Part shown: piece after piece, positions 35,780 through 38,171 of the stretch
Numbering within the stretch: the first letter of the stretch is position 1
Layout of the letters: the number at the start of each line of letters is the position of its first letter
Virus record (IMG/VR): IMGVR_UViG_3300049844_000042
Span: 1-38,171 of that record
Source of the DNA: a virus
Lineage: Duplodnaviria; Caudoviricetes
Length of the DNA stretch: 38,171 bases
Strand: one strand, 5' to 3'
Program-made: the position numbers and the translations under genes
The notes under the pieces: generated by a model
What the model was told of the DNA's origin: nothing
Databases searched by the model: none
What the model saw: the letters and a program-made list of their open reading frames with translations, nothing else

Positions 35780-36258
35780 TTGATTAGGAATAAATTAGAT
35801 TTATTTAAAGCAACCCTTTTGACTCCTCTAAACTCGTATTCATAACTTAATGTCCATCTGTATTTACCTTCTCGTATATCTGTTCCTACTCCTGCTTTAC
35901 AAGGTAACAACTGCTCTGATTTAATAGTTCTAGATCCTTTCTCTACTGTTGAAGGGATTGTCTTTGAATATACATTCCTATTGTCAATGTCCTCAAGTGA
36001 CAAGATGAACATAAACTCACCTGTTAGATTCTCTAGTGCTGTTCTAGTTATTTCTATCTCTTGTACTTCACAGGCTTTATATGTTTTAGAATCATCTACC
36101 TTTATAGAATTGATTACATAATACTCTGTTTTATCAAAGTACCTAAAGTATACATCTGGAATTAAAGCTCCTAGCAAGACAAAGAGCATTGCAAATATAA
36201 CTGTACCCCATGTTCTATGGTTTGTCTTGCTCAACATCCTTTTCAACATATCTTTCAT
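35776..36258 (-). CDS. Membrane-anchored protein in the lysis cassette
   Basis: One TM (WGTVIFAMLFVLLGALI) then a beta-rich domain; likely start MKDMLK. Confidence 0.6.
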   Translation of the reverse strand: MKDMLKRMLSKTNHRTWGTVIFAMLFVLLGALIPDVYFRYFDKTEYYVINSIKVDDSKTYKACEVQEIEITRTALENLTGEFMFILSLEDIDNRNVYSKTIPSTVEKGSRTIKSEQLLPCKAGVGTDIREGKYRWTLSYEYEFRGVKRVALNKSNLFLIK

Positions 36259-36532
36259 TCTTGTTAAAAGTACCCTTCCAGATACTTCCAAAATTAAACC
36301 CAACTGCATTGCCTATCATGCCACCCATTATTAGATCAAAAACGATTCCTATATTCAGCTCTGGTTTTAACACCCTTGCTATCATTATAAAACCCCAGAG
36401 TAATGTTCCTATTAAGATTACAAATGTTCTAATCTCCCACTTAAACTTATTAATAGCAATAGCGAACAGGTATCCCATCACTATGCCGACTATAAATCCT
36501 CCTAATCCCCAAATAAGTTTTTCATTTTCCAT
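36215..36532 (-). CDS. Three-TM membrane protein (holin/antiholin candidate)
   Basis: 105 aa hydrophobic with charged C-terminus. Confidence 0.65.
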   Translation of the reverse strand: MENEKLIWGLGGFIVGIVMGYLFAIAINKFKWEIRTFVILIGTLLWGFIMIARVLKPELNIGIVFDLIMGGMIGNAVGFNFGSIWKGTFNKNERYVEKDVEQDKP

Positions 36533-36585
36533 GTCATCGTTTTAATATCCTGTATATAAACATATCACCACAAAGCACCCCTTGT

Positions 36586-38171
36586 CTATGCCGTGTTGAA
36601 TATCACCCCATCTAAACTAACCCATGTTGTAGATCCCTGTGGGGCTCTAACCACGCCACTTGTATCAATTCTTAGTTCTCCATGTGCATTATTTGAAGCT
36701 ATCCCAAATATCCATGTCTCGGTTGGTCTAAACCCACTAGGCAGTGTGAATATTGTGGTGTTCATAGCTGAGCCATCTTTAACCAAACCTCTTAAATGTA
36801 CAAACCCCATACTATCCTTCATATATCCACAAGTTGTAAAGCCACTTCCATAGTTTACCCATGAGTTAGAAAAACTAGGAGCTGTCCAAGCTGGTTGTGC
36901 CACTTGTAAATACCCACCTCTAGAAGAATCGTATAGTTGTTTAATTGCTATACCATCCTTCGTTATATACATAACTGGAATACCTACATCTAGAACACTC
37001 TCTAGTATATAAGCATTTAACTTATCATAAATTCTTACTTCAATATCAAACGATTTTGTTGTAGTGAATCCACCTGCTCCAAGATCCCCATTTATGTGAG
37101 TTGCATAGGTTAAAGCACCAGATGAGTCACTAAGCGTTATTGCTGACCAAGCCGATGAACAATGAAGAGTATGCGTTCCACTTTGCGATCCTGATGTGTT
37201 TATTTTAGTATTTGCCAAAGCATTGGCATAGGTCGTAGCTACATTAAAGGTACTAGAATCTATATAAATCACAAAGTATGTAGTATCTACACTTAATCCA
37301 GTAGGTAAAGCACCTGTCGTAGTAAAGAAAATAGGATCTCCTGTAGCTAACCCATGTGAAGATTTAGTAACCACACAAGGAGTTGCTATTGTCATTGTAC
37401 AAGTACCATCGTTTGTAGCCCATACTTGTGTAGTAGGTTTGAATCTATATGCACTTGTTATTGTATTCTGCACACCTGCTACACCCCCACCAAAATACTC
37501 CTTCCAATAGCTACCTTCTAAATTTAAAGTTACAGGAGCATCAATCTGATTATCTCTAGGAAGTGTAATGCTAGATATTACAGGAGGTACATAACTAACC
37601 AAAGATGTTAGACTGACTGGCGTTCCTGCTGTAGTCAATGCCCTAGAATCATAAGCAGTCATAGTTGTAGCTATAGCAGTAGCATTGTCAATATCTATAT
37701 CAACTGTTGATCCTGCTGAATAAGCACCATCTGTAGCCTGTGATCCATTAGCAAATCTATACTTAATAGCTGTGGCACTGTTTAAAGCTACCATCTTGTT
37801 TCCAGATGTAATAGTTCCTCGTATCTTTGAATATCCTGATATTATCTTTTGAGCCGATCCTGTAAGGGTATTGGTATAAGATGTTACAAGTGCACTTGAG
37901 TACTTATCTACAACATTATATGTCTTATCCACAGAAGCCACTGTATATGTTGTAAAAGTAGGAACATTTGTTGCTGTATTAACATAAGCAGTTCCAGCTT
38001 GATCCCTGTTTCCTCCCACCTGTACAGAATACCCTGCATCTGAATATGTTCTTATTCTTACATACATTGAAACTGCTGTCGCATTAGGAGTTTGAGCATA
38101 AATAGCTGTGTCATAAGCACCTCCAAGTGTTACTGTAGTACTTGATGTTTGACCATGATTAGTAGTCTTTA
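36586..38171 (-). CDS. C-terminal part of origin-spanning tail receptor-binding protein
   Basis: FCCH-like module HGLATGDPIFFTTTGALPTGL..TYFV; RBP head-like WVNYG..GYMKD..GFVHLRGLVKDG..FTLPSGFRP. Confidence 0.8.
   Translation of the reverse strand, partial: KTTNHGQTSSTTVTLGGAYDTAIYAQTPNATAVSMYVRIRTYSDAGYSVQVGGNRDQAGTAYVNTATNVPTFTTYTVASVDKTYNVVDKYSSALVTSYTNTLTGSAQKIISGYSKIRGTITSGNKMVALNSATAIKYRFANGSQATDGAYSAGSTVDIDIDNATAIATTMTAYDSRALTTAGTPVSLTSLVSYVPPVISSITLPRDNQIDAPVTLNLEGSYWKEYFGGGVAGVQNTITSAYRFKPTTQVWATNDGTCTMTIATPCVVTKSSHGLATGDPIFFTTTGALPTGLSVDTTYFVIYIDSSTFNVATTYANALANTKINTSGSQSGTHTLHCSSAWSAITLSDSSGALTYATHINGDLGAGGFTTTKSFDIEVRIYDKLNAYILESVLDVGIPVMYITKDGIAIKQLYDSSRGGYLQVAQPAWTAPSFSNSWVNYGSGFTTCGYMKDSMGFVHLRGLVKDGSAMNTTIFTLPSGFRPTETWIFGIASNNAHGELRIDTSGVVRAPQGSTTWVSLDGVIFNTA
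37955..38171. repeat. Terminal direct repeat, right copy
   Basis: Matches 1-217 with one mismatch. Confidence 0.97.

Noticed and set aside
36555-36590. Dedicated lysis promoter TAGACA...GATATG
   Set aside because: Poor -10 and spacing; too weak to call.
432-36853. Plus-strand ORFs in the track (e.g. 13416..14051, 5817..6233, 28911..29183)
   Set aside because: They are antisense shadows of well-supported minus-strand genes and show no recognisable motifs.
1-38171. Stop-codon reassignment (code 15 or 25)
   Set aside because: Core genes are intact in code 11, and TAG and TGA both end genes at coupled junctions.
36586-38171. Diversity-generating retroelement acting on the receptor-binding gene
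   Set aside because: There is no reverse transcriptase and no TR/VR pair. The only long repeat is the assembly overlap.

Overview
The window is a complete, circularly assembled, AT-rich siphovirus genome. Bases 1-217 repeat 37955-38171, so the unit length is 37,954 bp. Essentially all genes lie on the minus strand and read in genetic code 11. In transcription order (high to low coordinates) it carries: the end of a DUF859/receptor-binding tail gene; a lysis cassette (membrane proteins, M23 endolysin, holin); a terminator; a replication initiator with internal iterons; early nucleases, an SSB and many small ORFs; a structured RNA; an HNH-AP2 gene; a six-gene glycosyltransferase/methyltransferase cassette; terminase and SPP1-type portal; two fibre genes; head, neck and tail genes; and a split Tal. 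I saw no integrase, DNA polymerase, tRNA or CRISPR array. The main result is a probable virion-glycosylation system. The glycan cassette sits directly upstream of terS, and four virion proteins (capsid, head closure, tail tube, Dit) end in the same C-terminal [I/V/L]-S-A tag on a flexible linker. Other notable features are a multi-junction ncRNA, a leader-peptide attenuator ahead of the replication gene, a YTATTA motif in place of Shine-Dalgarno sequences, and unannotated small genes (Pmp3/YqaE and a 29-aa Lys-rich peptide). Family assignments come from motif recognition by eye, not database searches. The host (possibly Patescibacteria) is an inference.
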